This document shows, piece after piece, positions 47,811 to 61,729 of a stretch of 64,000 nucleotides of DNA. The notes beneath the pieces are model-generated. The model saw nothing but the letters and a program-made list of their open reading frames with translations. It searched no databases and had not been told where the DNA came from. The DNA is from Gracilinanus agilis. Its lineage: Eukaryota. The translations under genes were made by a program, and so were the position numbers. Within the stretch, counting starts at the first letter, position 1. The number at the start of each line of letters is the position of its first letter. The stretch lies in NCBI RefSeq assembly GCF_016433145.1, contig NC_058131.1, forward strand, positions 169,678,233-169,742,232, in the 5' to 3' direction.

Positions 47811-50800
47811 AAGCGAATACCTGTTAATCCCACAAGGGGGCAGCTGGCAGCTCAATGAAGCAAGGGAGGAAGCAAGCTATCTACCCACTCTGGTTACCCA
47901 TACTATCTTTTACTATGTGAATGACCATGAGCAAATCTGGGCCTCAGTTTCTTTGTCTGTAAAATGAAGAGATTGGGCTAGTTGATTTCTAAGGTCCTTT
48001 TTTGCTCTGAATCCTAGAAAAAGGCAAGTTTTCTAGGACCATCTCCCTTTACTACTCCCTCATCGAATCAAGCAAATTACAACCAGTGTCCAAAGAGAAT
48101 AGAACACTTCCTTGAGGCCTCTGGAGGTTTAGAACTGAAAGGGGCCATCTAGTCCCAAATCTTTATTTTATAGATTAGGAAACTGAGGCCCAGAGAATTC
48201 AACTTGCCCAAGGTCAAGAGTACAAGGTCCCTTGGCTCCAGAGCTAGTTTTTCCACCGTGCTGGAAGAAACCATAGAGATGACCAAATCCAACCCTTTTT
48301 AGAGATGAGGAAAACTGTAGCCTAGAGTTGAGCAAGTAATTCATTGAGAGTCACACAGCTAGTAAGTGGCAAGACTAGGTCTAAAACACAGGTCTCCAGG
48401 TACTTTCTTCCTATGCCATTAAATATTTCTTTCACTTATCTAGCACCAAATTGTCCTGCTTTCACAAAATCTCTTGGTCATTTGCAGTCTTTTGCCAATT
48501 GGAGTAATTTCCATCCACAAACCAAATTCATCCTTGAACTAAGAAAAAAAAAGGTAGTGGTAGTGGTAGAGGGCCTCCAGAGAACCCTAAAGGAGGGCGA
48601 TTGGCCCACATAATAATTTGGCTTATGGAATAGCAGAGTAGGATATAATTTTCAAAGCATCAGAAAGACCATTCCCTCCGATCTTAGTTCTAGGGTGTTT
48701 AGAGTTCCACCTTTAGAGATACATTCATTTGGGTCAAATGTTCTCTTCTCTGGATAATTCACACTTAAGACTACATTAAATCCCTAACATTTCAAAGTGA
48801 ATGAACTGGTTATAGTCTTTATTTCTAGGGCAGCACAGCTAGGTCTGAATGAGTGCAAATAACAAATCCCATAAAGTGGTTATGCATTTTACATAATTAT
48901 GACTTGCACTATTTGGAGTGATAATTATGTAAAATACAATGTAAAAAATAAAGTATAAATTATATATCAGATAATAGCCAATATTTATATAAGCTTTGAG
49001 GTTTGAAAAGTATATTACATATCTCATTTGATCCTTCTAATGGCCTATAAGGTAGGTGCTCACCCCCATTTTATCAATAAAGAAACCAAAGCAGGTTAAA
49101 CATTTCGCCCAGAATTGTATGATTAGCAAAGAGTCTGAAGAGAACACAAGGAAGTAAAGACAATGACTGAGATGAGGTCTCACTAGGTCTAGCAATGTCT
49201 GACGGCGGGATCATCCTCTCCCTCATTTTGTTCATTAGGCCTCTTTTGTAATGTAGTTTAAGATTGTGTTAGCTTTTGGGGCTTACACTGTTGGCTCACC
49301 CTTACAGCCTCCTAAAAACACCAAGATCTCTTTTTTTACAGTTAACTACTGTCTAGTCACAGTTCTCCCATCCTATACTTGTGTAATTGAAGTTCAGAAT
49401 TATACTGGTAAGCTGTAACATAGGTCCTTATTAAATCTCATCATAATAGATTGAGCTCCTTATTCTGGCCTATAAAGAGTTTTTTGGATTCTGAATTTGC
49501 CTTCCCAAAATGTTAGTGATTTCTTCAAATTTGGGGATAATTTGATAAGCATGCCATCTCTTCTACCATCTAAGTCGCTAACAAAAAGGAAGAAGATCAA
49601 GAATGGAGCTTTGAATTAAATATATTTACTTATAAACTTGTCTTATTTTCCATATAGACTTGAAGCCCATGAGGACAGGACCATGAAATATCTTAGCACT
49701 CAATATTGAATACACTCAGTATTAAAATACTTAGTGCCTGGCAGTGATACTACTAATAATATATAGTGACAGAGTGCTTTAACATTTACAAAACATTTGC
49801 CATATTTTATGACTTGAAACTCACAACAACCTGCACAGTAGGTACACTACAGGCATGATTATCCTCATTTTACAAAACATGACAAAGCTGAAATTCAAAG
49901 AGTTTGTGACTTGCTGGCAAGTATCAGAGGTAGGAGCTGAGCCCAAGTCTTTTTGACTGGGCTTATACATTCTTATCCATAAGGTCATGATGCACCTTCT
50001 ATATAAGAATTCAATAAATCAATATTTGAACCTAGAGATTCAAAGATTGAAAATGGCTGAGTATGTTATAGCTTGATCATTTCATTGAATGTGGTGCCAT
50101 AAAAGATGATAAATATGAATGGAGAGAAACAGGATAAAACCTATATCAAGTAATGCAAACAATACAAGAAGAATCAGAACCACAATTATACATTAAAAAA
50201 AGAAAATAAAACCAAAAGCTACCCAGCCCCAGCTGGATTTGGAAGGAAATCACAGCAAAAATACATTGCCTACTTGTTCTGGTTTGGGTTTTTTCTATTA
50301 ATATCCTTGGTTCTGTTCTGTAGAACTAAGGGATTTATAGAAGTTGTTTATCCTTATTTTGTAAGTTTTCTTGATCAACTTTTATAAAAATAATTGTTAA
50401 GCTAAGAAAAGTCTTTAAAAATTAAAGTAAACAAATGTTTCTTTAAATGAAACAAATAACTTGCATTCTCCTTACCTTGAATAAGAACCATTGTTTTATT
50501 TGTTATTTGTTATTTTATTTCTTCCATAATCCTTTACCATCCTCTTTGCTTTTTATTCCTTGAAATGAAAGTCTTGCTATCTACCTTTCGTTAGGAGAAA
50601 ACATTCAGCAAACTCAAGGGAAACATATATATATGCACACACGTATATGTGTATGTGTATATAAATATATATAAATATAGTCCACTTACTAAGAAAAGCA
50701 ATGAAGTCCCTGATCTGCTTGCTCTGTTTAGAGAAGAACAATGATTGTAGTTACTATGACAGCAACCCTAGAAATGCTTAGGTGCCCATAAGAGTTGAGT

Positions 50801-51876
50801 GATTCCCCACTTTGTCTTATGAGGGCATTAGGAGAGACAAGGCAGAAGCCAGGCTTTGGGGGGAGAGAAGATTTGAAAAGTTTGTTCTAAGGTTCAGAAA
50901 TACATAACCAGATTCATATATGGAGGTCCTGAATTGGAAAAATGTCTCCACTGTAAAAGATATAAAATAGTCTCTATTGGTTTGGGAAATGGTGATAATA
51001 ATAATAATTGTTGACATTGATTAGCACTTTAAGGATAACAAAACACTTTATATACTTTATTTCATTTGACTTTCAACAACCACATGAATGAAGGTCCTCA
51101 AGCATTATTATATGTATTTTATAGGTAGATCTAGAACTATTTTAATGATGCTCAGAAAGATGAAGTGACTTATTCCAAACTGCACAGATATAATATGTAG
51201 TGAAGAGATGATCTGAACTCCTATATTCTGACCCGGAGCCCACTATGCCACATGCTCTCCCCCTCTCGAGATCAGTGGGCTCGTAGCAGTTGGAGGTTAA
51301 GTCTGAAAGCACAGGCTCTGGCTGGAAGGCTGTTTTTCCAAAGGCCAGTGCCAGGCAGGAATCTGCAGCTCCTATGACTGTGGCAGGAGATGGGAGGGAG
51401 CCAGCACTGTGGGTGGAGAAGGGGAACCTCTGGCTGAACAGCAAGTGCCCAGACAATGGCTTTCTCTGTGCAGCTGGGCTGTGCACCTGGCCCTGAAACA
51501 GGGCACTCTGGGCTTCTGCCCCTCTACATAGAAGTAACGTCCACATACAGAGCGATGGTTAAAAATAAACCAGATAGGAGAAGTGAAATCACTGGCCAGT
51601 TCTCTTTTTCTCTGCTTAACTAGAGCCCAGTGGCTGACATCAGCTGAATACAAACTCACATTCCCCAGTACAGTGGCCCAGGCTGTTTTTATTTTTGTAT
51701 GGTTGGGAAGTTTGTGGCAAACATCTTATTTATTCCTAACAGAATAACTGTCAGGTGCTGAATTCACTGTTTGGACTCTTAGAACCGAAAAAGAAAAAGC
51801 AGAGAAAAGAATGAGGTTCATTAGCTATTCACCCCATGGTCACAGGGCATTAAAGCATTACTACTGGGCATCTTAC

Positions 51877-51940
51877 CTGAATATAGAAGGTCCGGGAGCT
51901 TGTTATTATTTCAAATAGGTTGTCTCTCATCAAGAGATCT
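51877..51940 (-). CDS. PLEKHA2: PLEKHA2 exon, PH2 domain
   Basis: TAG|A-DLLMRDNLFEIITSSRTFYIQ|GTAAG; 64 nt. Confidence 0.96.
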
Positions 51941-53074
51941 CTAGACAGAGACAGAGAACAAGGAAGTTACCAAAAAATATTGCTAGAATGACAACAGAAG
52001 ATTTAGTTCTCTTGGATGTTCATGAACCTTGTGCCCCTTATCTCCTACCATCCATCTCTTGAAAAGAAGAGAGAGAGAATGTTAAAAAAAATTTGAAAAA
52101 TTTCCAACACTGAAATCTTTTACCTGTCAACCAGGATTCTCTAATTAATAGGGTTCTTAACCTTTCTTGTACATAAACTCTTTAGTTAGCTTAATGAAAC
52201 CTCTGTCTACATTGATAAATGAAGGAAATGCTAAGTTTCAGTGACAGGTGGAACTAAAGTGAAAATAAAAATGTAAAATTTCTTTCCACCCATGTTCCCA
52301 TAAAATGGGTCTATGAACCCCAGGCTAAGAGTCCTTGCTCTTGAGAACTGACTCTCATGTTTTATTATCCTGAGATCACCCTGGACCCACAACTTTTCTT
52401 ATTTTCCTTCAAATTTTCTTTTTAAAAAAATATTAATTTAACAAATATGAACATGTCCTTATACAAAGAACAGAAAGAAGGGACAGTATATCTGTCTGAG
52501 GGGCAGTTAGGTGGCACAGTGAATTGAGTGCTGGGTCAAAAGTCAGGAAAACTCATATAACTGAGTTCAAATCTGGCCTCAGACACTAGCTGTGTGACCT
52601 TGGGAAAAGTCGCTTATTCCTGTTTGCCTCAGTTTCTTCATCTGTAAAATGAGCTGGAGAAGAAAATGGCAAACTACTGCAGTATCTTTGCCAAGAAAAT
52701 CCTAAATGAGGTCACAAAGAATCAAACATGTAAATGACTTGGACAAAACTCTATTATGTATGACTTGGATTTGATTTTTTGTACATTTCAGACCTTGTAC
52801 ATTGCATAGTATAATAGTTTCAACATGGCTCTGTTTCTCTGTGTCTGTCCCCTTTTGGATTTCTTTTTGCCTTCTTCTGCATAGTTTTAAAAAATTGTTT
52901 ATTAGGTGCTCCTTCGTTTTATTTTCGCATTTATTATGTAATAATTAGATTAAGTCTACACTGCCCATCTTTAGATTTAATCACAAAAGGTGAGAATACC
53001 TCTAATTCTGGGAGGTTCTAACCCACGTGTGCTAGATTGAGTGAAAATCAGAATTGATGGACCACCCCCTAGCC

Positions 53075-53281
53075 CAGGGGTCGGCAACGTATGGCTCTCA
53101 AGCCATATCTGGCTCTTTTGAGGGCCAGATATGGCTCTTTCTGTAGGAGCCATAAAGTCCATTTTTTTTTCAGGCGCTGTTACAGGAGCGGCACTGTGAG
53201 CACTGTACGGCTCTCACGAAATTACATTTTAAAAAATGTGGCATTTATGGCTCTCATGGCCAAAAAGGTTGCCGACCCCTG
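53075..53281 (+). mobile_element. hAT MITE (third family), copy 1, PLEKHA2 intron
   Basis: Perfect 14-bp TIR CAGGGGTCGGCAAC / GTTGCCGACCCCTG; ~93% identical to the reverse complement of 63177-63384 by hand alignment. Confidence 0.9.
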
Positions 53282-53289
53282 CTCTAAAT

Positions 53290-54190
53290 GATGGGCATCC
53301 CCCAAGTTTCCAATTCTATGCTATACCAAAAAGTGCTACTATAACTATTTTTGTACATATTTACTCTTTCCTTTTGTTTCTGATCAGCTGAACTATATGT
53401 CTAAACAATGGTATTACCAGGTCAAAGGGCAATCACAGTTAGTGGCTTTTGAGGTACAGTTTCAAATTGTATTTTACTATGGGTGGTCCAATTGAACCAA
53501 CAGTGTTCAAGTGTGTCTATCCTTGCAAAGTCTCTCCTGCAACTGTCATCTTCCTTTTTAGTCATCATTTCCAATATGATGGGTATGAGGTAGAACCTCA
53601 GAGTTGCTTAATTTGCATTTCTCTTATTATTAGTGATTTGGAATATTTTCAATATGATTTTTGATAGCTTAGATTTCTTGAGAACTGCCTATTCATACCA
53701 TTTGACTTTATAATTTGGGAAATGGTTCTTATTCTTATATATTTATGTTAATTTACTAATTATCTTGATTATTAAAGTTTTTTATTTTAATTAAAGAAGT
53801 TCACTTCAAAGATTTCCCCTGAAATCATTCTTTCTCTCCTAAATTTAATTATATTAATTTTATTTTTGCAAAAATATCATTAAAAGCTGTCATTATAATT
53901 TCCTCTGATTCTTTCTAACTCTCGTTTAGTCAAGAAGTTTTCCACTTTCCATAGTTGTGAAAACTACTTTCCCTATTCTCCTCCAATTTGCTTAATGGCA
54001 TGACTTTTTAATATATAGTTCAGGAATCCATTTAGGCCTTGCTATGCTATTTAGTGTGAGATATTATTCCAAACCCAATTTCTGTCAAACTGCTTTTTTA
54101 GTTTCACCAGAAACTTTTTATTTGTTTTCTTTTCTCAAATAGCAAGTGCTGTCCCAATAATTGTTATGCTTGGATTTATGAAACACTATG
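53290..54190 (-). mobile_element. L1 ORF2 3' region relic
   Basis: gaacctcagagttgcttaatttgcatttctcttattattagtgatttgg.. is typical antisense L1 ORF2 sequence. Confidence 0.7.
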
Positions 54191-57100
54191 CTACTAGTTG
54201 GTTGCTCCTGCGTTTTATACCTCAGAGAGAGAACTGATAATCTGAGTGCAGATTGATGCATATTTATTCATCTTTATTTTTCTTGTTTTTTTTTCAATAT
54301 GACTTAATGTGGAAATATGTTTTATATCAATTTAAATGTATAAAAGGTATATTTTTTGCCTTCTCAACGGGAGTAGAGAGAAGGAGAGAATTTGGACCTG
54401 GATACATTTTTCTTTCATTGAAAAGAAGAAAAAGATGAGATCAACAGGGGCTAAAGTTGCCAGGGAAAATTTCATGGAGGAAGTTGGATTGGATCTAGAT
54501 CTTGAAAGCATTTCCTGAGAATTGATGAGGAAAAAATAATGTTTTAGGTATGAAGTACAGCATAAGACTATAATGCCATCCCTGAAATAAAGCCTTCAAT
54601 AAGCAAGCTATGGGCGGGAGTTCCCCAAATGGATATTAAGCAAATGACACATATTCACTCTCAACTCATAAATGAGACCCCAAGATTCTTTGATTTAAAA
54701 CCTTCCGAAAGGCAAAATTACCTCAACTGTAAAATGAGGATAACAACACCTACCTCACAAGGTTTTTGTGAGGATCAAGATAATATTTTTAACAAGATTA
54801 TGTCCTATGCTTAATATATAGTAGGTGATTAATGAATACTTATTTTCTCCCTTTGTGGAATGGTTTAGTGCCTCTTCTACATACACTCTACTTCTACATA
54901 CACATACAACTACATGTTATCCTTCTCTAGCATCTTTTTCTTTCAGGCTCTTAATTTTAGTCAGGTACTTCCCTAGATGTGTGATTTTGATGTGGGTATT
55001 CTCTCTGCTTCAGATTCTCAACCCACACAGGCTACCTCATTCTACATCATTTTAAAACATATTACACCTTAATACAAATGTTGGCAAATAAGGTCAAGGA
55101 GAAAGGAATTCACACTGTGCTTTGATCTAAGAATAGCTCTGGATCTCACACCCCAATAAGGGTTGCTTTGCCTGTACCTAATCTTTCCAGTTCTTTTGCT
55201 CCTACAGTTTGCTCATTCCAACTGATGCAGATTTGGATCTGCTCCAGAGAAAATTCAGAGATGAGAGAGAAACCACCATATATGCCTGCCTGGTTCTCTA
55301 AAGTAGTCCTGACATTCATTGTGTCCCTAGATTTACACAGACCTTCTAGGGATCAAAATAACTAGGTATGACCCAGGAGTAGGCCATCACCCATACTTTG
55401 GGCCTCCTAGTACCACTTTGTATACTTCAAAGCCCAATTCAAATGCCATCTTCTACCTAAAGCCCGAGAATCAAGACTCTTGGGTCAGAGTTGAAAGTGA
55501 CTCTTAGATAGACCAAGGCATTCCCAGCTATGGAATTTCAATTAAAAAATATCCTAATGTCATGTTCTATGTCCAAAGCTTCTGCCCCTACTACAGAGCT
55601 GGATTTACAGCGTATACATCTGGTAGGTCTGTATCCTACTAGCGGTAGTGGCTATTTTGTAGTTCTCACTCTGGTTTCCTGGGAGATGGAAATGTTGCCT
55701 ATCAAGGTATGACCCTCCTGTCCAAGAGAAATCTATCTGCTACATTGGCTTCTCAGTTTCTCAGGGTATGGCTCTTCTACCATGAATTGCAAACAGTTGC
55801 AGACTAATCAGGATTCTAACTTGGGCACAGGGATCAAAATTGCTACTACCGTTCTTCACTCTCCCCCTTTCTCTCCTGGAGTTTCTTAGGAAGTTGGGTG
55901 CCAAAATGTATAGAATCACTACTGGTTACAACAGAACTCCTGCCTAAGCTGCAGGTCCCCACATCCCCCACAGTACCAAATGGAACCATCTCCCATAGGT
56001 ACTTTAGAAACACACATATTCTTCCTTCTTTCATGATCTATGGGATATGTGAGTTGCCCTGGTACTACTGGAACATCAAGAATTCAGGCAATGAGAATTC
56101 AGAAGGGAAGAAAACTAGTGAAAAAGGCAGCAAAGAGACAGTAAATCCTGACACTACTGTCTAAGAAGGGGTATCTGAATGACAAGATTTTTGATTTCAG
56201 AAGATAAGTCAGTGTTCTAGGGCAACCAAAGATATGAAGAAAAATATTATGTTGGATCCTCAAAGGAGGAAAGGTTGAAACAAATGAGGAGAAATGGGGA
56301 AGGCTTTAAGGAGAAGTTGGCATTTGAATTGGCCTTTAAAGGATACATAAGAGGGCAGCTACATGGCACAGTGGATAGAGCACCAGGCCTGGATTTAGGA
56401 AGACCTGAATTCAAATCTGGCCTAAGACACATACTAGCTGTGTGCCTCTGGACAAATCAGTTAACCCCATTTGCCTTAGTTTTCTAATCTGTAAAATGAT
56501 CTGGAGAATGAAATAGCAAATCACTCCAGTATCTATGCTAAGAAAACCTCAAACGGGGTCACAAAGAGTGGGACAAGACTGAAAATTACTGGACAACAAC
56601 AATAATGGGAAGAATTAAACAAATGAAAAGTGGAAAAGATACAGAGCACACATAGAACATGGAAGCTAAAATGTTCAGGTGTATTCAGGTTCTAACAAAT
56701 AGTCCTCCAACTGTTAAATAGCTAGAACCAAACCTAGAGCTAGAAGGGTCCTTAAAGATCATTTAGCCTAAACCCCTCATTTTGCAAGAGGAAACTGAAG
56801 ACCTAAGAGATAGAGTAAAGTGGCAGAGCCCGTATTCAAACTCTGGTCAATTAGCTATAAAGCTAACATCCCTTACATGATAGCTCGTGACTATAATAAT
56901 AAATAGAAAGTAAGCAAAGGTAAGTCTGGATAGGTAAAACAGCACCAGGTTGTAAAGGACTTTAAATGTGGGTGCAAACTTGACTTAGTAATAATAGTAA
57001 TAATAATAGCTAATATGTATATAGCACTTACTATGAGCCATCTTATTTGACTATTCAACAACCCTGGGAAGTAGGTATTATTATTACCCCCATTTTACAG

Positions 57101-57844
57101 AAGAGTAAACAGAGGCAAACGGAGGTTAAGGAACACAGCTAGCGTCTAAGATTTGAACTCAGATTTTCTGAGCCCTCTATCCATCGTACCGCCTAGGGAG
57201 TTACTGAAAATTTCTGAGCAGGGAAAGGAAGGTTTCTGAGCAGAGAGATGATAGCAATAAATGCATAAGGAAGAAAAGTCTGATGTGCGTGAAAAGAATG
57301 AATTGAAATAGTAAAGAGAAGAGGTAAGATGTTCCTCTGTTAAGAAGGTATTGCAAGCCAAGTCATCCAAGTGGGTTATAATAAGATCCCATTCTGGGGT
57401 AATGACAATAGGAGAGACAAGGAGAAATTACATAATTAGAATAATTGAATTCCATAACCAATCAGACATAAGCATTCAAGAGGGGGAGGAGTCAAATGCT
57501 AAGGTTTTGAACAGGGGAGACCAGGTGAATGGTGATAATTCAAACAAAAGCCATAGTCAGGACACTGTAGACAGCTAGGTAGCACAGCAGATGGAATGCT
57601 GGATCTAGAAAGACACATCTGACCTCAGACATTTACTGTGTGACCCTGAGCAAGTCACTTCATTCTGTTTGCCTCAGTTCCTCATTTGTAAACGGAGCTG
57701 GAGAAGGAGAATTGAAATCAACTCTATGGGCAGTATATTGCCCATCAAAGCACACTTTCCTTGGATTCTGGGTCCTTTAACACCACAGAAACCAACTTAT
57801 CTTGCATTAGGATGTAACAGGAATCCTTTTTGAGTTACCTCATT

Positions 57845-59050
57845 TCAGTCAGTCAGTCATCAAGCACTTATTAAATTTATTAAATGCTTCCTTGGGGCCA
57901 GGCATAATGCTGATAATAGGGGATACAAAGAAAAGCAAAAAAAAAATAGTCATTGCTCTCAATAAATCTGTAGAATAATGGGAGAGACAACACGTAGACA
58001 CTAGTATACAAACAAAATATTTATTGAATAAAGATAATCAAAAGGGAAGGTATTAGTATTGGGGGGGGACAGATTGAGAAAGGTTTCTTGTAGAAGGTGG
58101 GATTTTAACTGGGGCTTGAAGGAAGTGAGGGCAGCCAGGAGTCAGAGATGAGGAGAGAGAGAATTCCAGACATGGAAGACAAGTCAGCCTGTGAAAACGC
58201 CCAAAATTGGAAGATGGAATGTCTTGTTTGAGGAACAGCAATGAGTCCAGAAACCCTGGATCATGGAATACTTGGAGGAAATTAAGGTGTAAGAAGATAA
58301 GAAAGATGGGGGGGGCCAGGTTAATGAGGGTTTTAAAAGACAAACCAAGGATTTGATGTTTGATCCTGGAAGTGATGGGAGCTAATGGAGTTTATAAAAT
58401 AGAGGAATGACAGGGTCAGATTTGTACTTAGGAAGATCATTTTGATAGCTGACTAGAGGAGGGGATAGACTTGAGGCACAGAGCCCAACAGAAGGTTATT
58501 GCCATAACCCAGTTGTGAGGTGAGGAGGATCCTCACAGTAGTGATGACAGTGTCAGAGGAGATAAGGGAGCATATGTGAGAGATGTTAGAAGGAAGAATT
58601 GATAGAATTTGGTAATAGATTGGTTAAGGATTAGGACAGAGAGTGAGAATTCAAGGATTACACTTGGGTTTTGAGCCTGGGTCATTGGGAGGATGATGGT
58701 GTCCTTAATAGTAAAAGGAAAATTAGGAAGAAGGGAGGGATTGGAAAAAAGATCATGAGTTCAATTTTGGATACGGTGAGTTTAAGGTAACTATGAGACA
58801 TCCATTTCAAGATGTCAAATGGGCATTTTCAGATGTGAGAATAGAGATCAGCAGAGAGGTTTAGGACTGGATGAGAAGATCTGAGGATCCTTTGCATAGA
58901 GATCACTGAATCTAGGGGAACTTATAAGATCATCGAGTGAAATAATATGGAGGAAGAAGAGAATATGACCCAGGACAGAATCTTAAGAGACACCCAATGT
59001 TAGTGGATATTACTTGGAGGAAGATTCAGCAAAGGAAGCTGAGGAGAGTG
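57845..59050 (-). mobile_element. L2 LINE relic (~1.2 kb)
   Basis: tcagtcagtcatcaagcacttattaaat..aggcataatgct tail followed by antisense L2 RT-like purine-rich sequence. Confidence 0.75.
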
Positions 59051-59307
59051 CTCTGACAGGTATTTGTTATGCTATTTTTCCTTCATCAGAAAAAATACCA
59101 CAAGAAAACAAACTTAGTTTTCTCTTGAACCTGACACTCTCAAGTAACCATTTATCTCTTCCTTCTTCTTCACTGTCAAAAACCTAGAGAGAGTGGAGTA
59201 CCCTCTGCCACATCTACTTCCTTACCACCCATTTACTCTTCATCATTTGGGATCTATCTGCACCATTCTCCTGCATCAGTAAAGAATCAAGCAGAATTCA
59301 TAGTTAC

Positions 59308-59378
59308 CCAGATTTGACCAGACACTCATGAGTCTTGAGTACATCTTTCAGAAGGATGGTTCGCAGAGGCTCCCTGTC
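59308..59378 (-). CDS. PLEKHA2: PLEKHA2 exon, PH2 domain
   Basis: CAG|DREPLRTILLKDVLKTHECLVKS-GG|GTAAC; 71 nt, phase 2. Confidence 0.96.
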
Positions 59379-59922
59379 CTGGGAAGAGAGACAGAGCAAA
59401 GTGGGGTAAGTCCATCTAACCTACCCAGGAACCAGCTGACACACCTCTTCCCTTCCTACACAGGATCATCCAGAATTTGCCCCAATTCAGTAGAAGACAT
59501 CTCCAAATCTAAGTAGGAAGAGAAACAACAAAGTGCAAACTCAACCAAAAATATGGCCTCAGAGATGGCTAGAACTTAAACCTGTGCGATCTGGACAAAA
59601 TCATGGAAGGGTTGGACTACATGCTCTATATGGTTATTTCCAATTCTAGATCTTATGAGTCTATGAATTCCTGACAAGGATGAAAAATTTGGGGAGACAA
59701 ATGGAACAAGGCATCCTTTGTAAATGTGAGAAGGAAATAAGGCTAGGAATAGAAATCTATATATTGGAGGGGCAACTGAGAAAGCAATGCAATTTTCTAT
59801 GTTCAGGTTTGTGATGATGATGGTATGAATAATAGCCATATACCAATAAGTTTATGAGGGCATAAATGGACCCAGGATGCTGAAGGGATCCTTTTCTGGG
59901 TTGCAGAGCTACCACTACTTAC

Positions 59923-59991
59923 CTGTTCACACTTGAAGTAGGAAAGGGAGAAATCATCAAGAGCAAAGAAACGACGTTTCCAGTTCTTTCT
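59923..59991 (-). CDS. PLEKHA2: PLEKHA2 exon, PH2 domain
   Basis: CAG|RKNWKRRFFALDDFSLSYFKCEQ|GTAAG; 69 nt. Confidence 0.96.
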
Positions 59992-60834
59992 CTGAAACAG
60001 AAGAGAGTTGTCTCTTTGTATACTGCTCATTCCAGGGATCTTAAACCATATAGGCACTAAGATACCATTGTTATGCAGCATGGAACTTAAGGTAGCAGGA
60101 TTTGTCATTACTAGCCTCGTACCTTTGGATGAGTTACCTTATACTGTAATATAGGATTTTAGCATTGACATGTTGGTTTAGGGCAAACCTTTCAGTTACC
60201 CTGGATGGAATGTTGAAGAGGGCATGAGACACTTGGCAGATACCAACTGGCAGTTGAACGGAGAGTATCAAAAGCCCTTGGCCAGAGTGAAGTGGTCAAC
60301 ATTCCATCCTTGCCCTAAACCAACATGGCAATGCTAAAATCCTATATTACAATACCTCTCTGAGACTTAGTTTCCTAATCTGTAAAATGAGAATATTACA
60401 CTTACTTCACAAGTTGTGGTGAGGATAAAATGAAATTATTTATTTTGTTTTGTAAATATTAAAGGGCTACATCAATGTTAGCTATTATTTTAGGTAATAA
60501 CAATAACATACTTATTATATAACATATCATAATTATAGGCATAGCATAATATTATTACTATCACTATTATTATAGCCAAGCTCACAAGGATTTTATGACT
60601 CTGAAATGAGATAATGAACAGAAAGAACTCTATAAACCTTAAAGGACAACACAAATGTGAGGGTGAGGAAGAGGAGGAATAGAAGGAAAAAGAAGAATCC
60701 TTAACCTCCTCAGGGAGAACATTGGCTTTTTATTCAGTAGGATTAATACTCTAATCATTTGGGGTAAAGAAATAGTCTTAAATAGATTGATGTCTCATCC
60801 TAGCATATTTTTATCTCTTCCCACAAATCTCAGC

Positions 60835-61310
60835 AATTCAATTCAATAAACATTTAAAATTTTAAAATCCCTTCTATGTTTCTGACACCATTTTAACTGT
60901 TGGGCAAAAGACCAAAAAAATGCAAAAGACAGTCACAGTCACTCAAGGAGCTTACAATCTAATAGGGCAGACACCACGAAAACAAATATATATGAAGCAT
61001 GCCATATACAGGATAAATATATATATGATAAATGCTATATATGGAAAATAAAAAGGGAAAGAATTAGAACTAAAAAGAGTTAGGAGAGGTTGCCTGTAAA
61101 AGATAGGATTTTAGTTGGGGCTTAAATTAGGAAGATCAGTAGTCAGAGTGGAGGAGGGAGAGCATTTCAGGTATGGGGAATGGCTGGAGAAAATGCCTGG
61201 AGCTGGAGATTATGGAATAGCCAAGAGGTCAATGTCATTGGATCCAAGAGTATATATTGGGAAGTAAGGTATAAGAAGATGGGCAAGGTAGGAGGGGGCT
61301 AGGTTAGGAA
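60835..61310 (-). mobile_element. L2 3' relic
   Basis: aattcaataaacatttaa..ctatgt..gagcttacaatctaat L2 tail pattern. Confidence 0.65.
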
Positions 61311-61338
61311 GGACCCCATTCCCCCTGATGGCACTTAC

Positions 61339-61485
61339 CACATTCCCCTGTTTCACACAGTAGCCACTCTTAAGGAGGGGTGGCCCAGCTGGGGCTCGGC
61401 AGCCTGAAGTAGGGATGTAGCTTTGAGACCTTCGGAGAATAGCATGGTGGCCTTGCCCACCTGCATCTGTCCCATCCCCGCCATT
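61339..61485 (-). CDS. PLEKHA2: PLEKHA2 (TAPP2) internal exon, linker and start of the second PH domain
   Basis: TAG|NGGDGTDAGGQGHHAILRRSQSYIPTSGCRAPAGPPLLKSGYCVKQGNV|GTAAG; 147 nt. Upstream exons lie beyond the window. Confidence 0.95.
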
Positions 61486-61691
61486 CTACAAGAGAACAGC
61501 CCCAGGAGTCAGTATCTTTTTCTCATCCCACAAACTCTCTACCTTAACCTCTTTACCCTTTCCCTGCCCCAGTCATCCCCTTGGATTTCTCTATAAGAAC
61601 AAAGTTTACTCTTATATCAAGGCAAGGCTGTTACCTCAGAGAAGTAATTGGAGCTGGGAAAATAGAAGGAAGCAGAGCTGACTCTAATCAG

Positions 61692-61694
<3 letters not shown>

Positions 61695-61725
<31 letters not shown>
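61695..61725 (+). repeat. (TG)n microsatellite
   Basis: gtgtgtgtgt.. Confidence 0.95.

Positions 61726-61729
<4 letters not shown>

Noticed and set aside
51142-51659. GC-richer intronic block with several overlapping ORFs (up to 134 aa)
   Set aside because: No homology recognised and no convincing splice-site pair in frame with PLEKHA2. It might be an enhancer, but the sequence alone does not support a call.
53091-53291. Related short ORFs at 53091-53291 and 63171-63368 suggesting a duplicated gene
   Set aside because: Both lie inside copies of the same non-autonomous hAT MITE.
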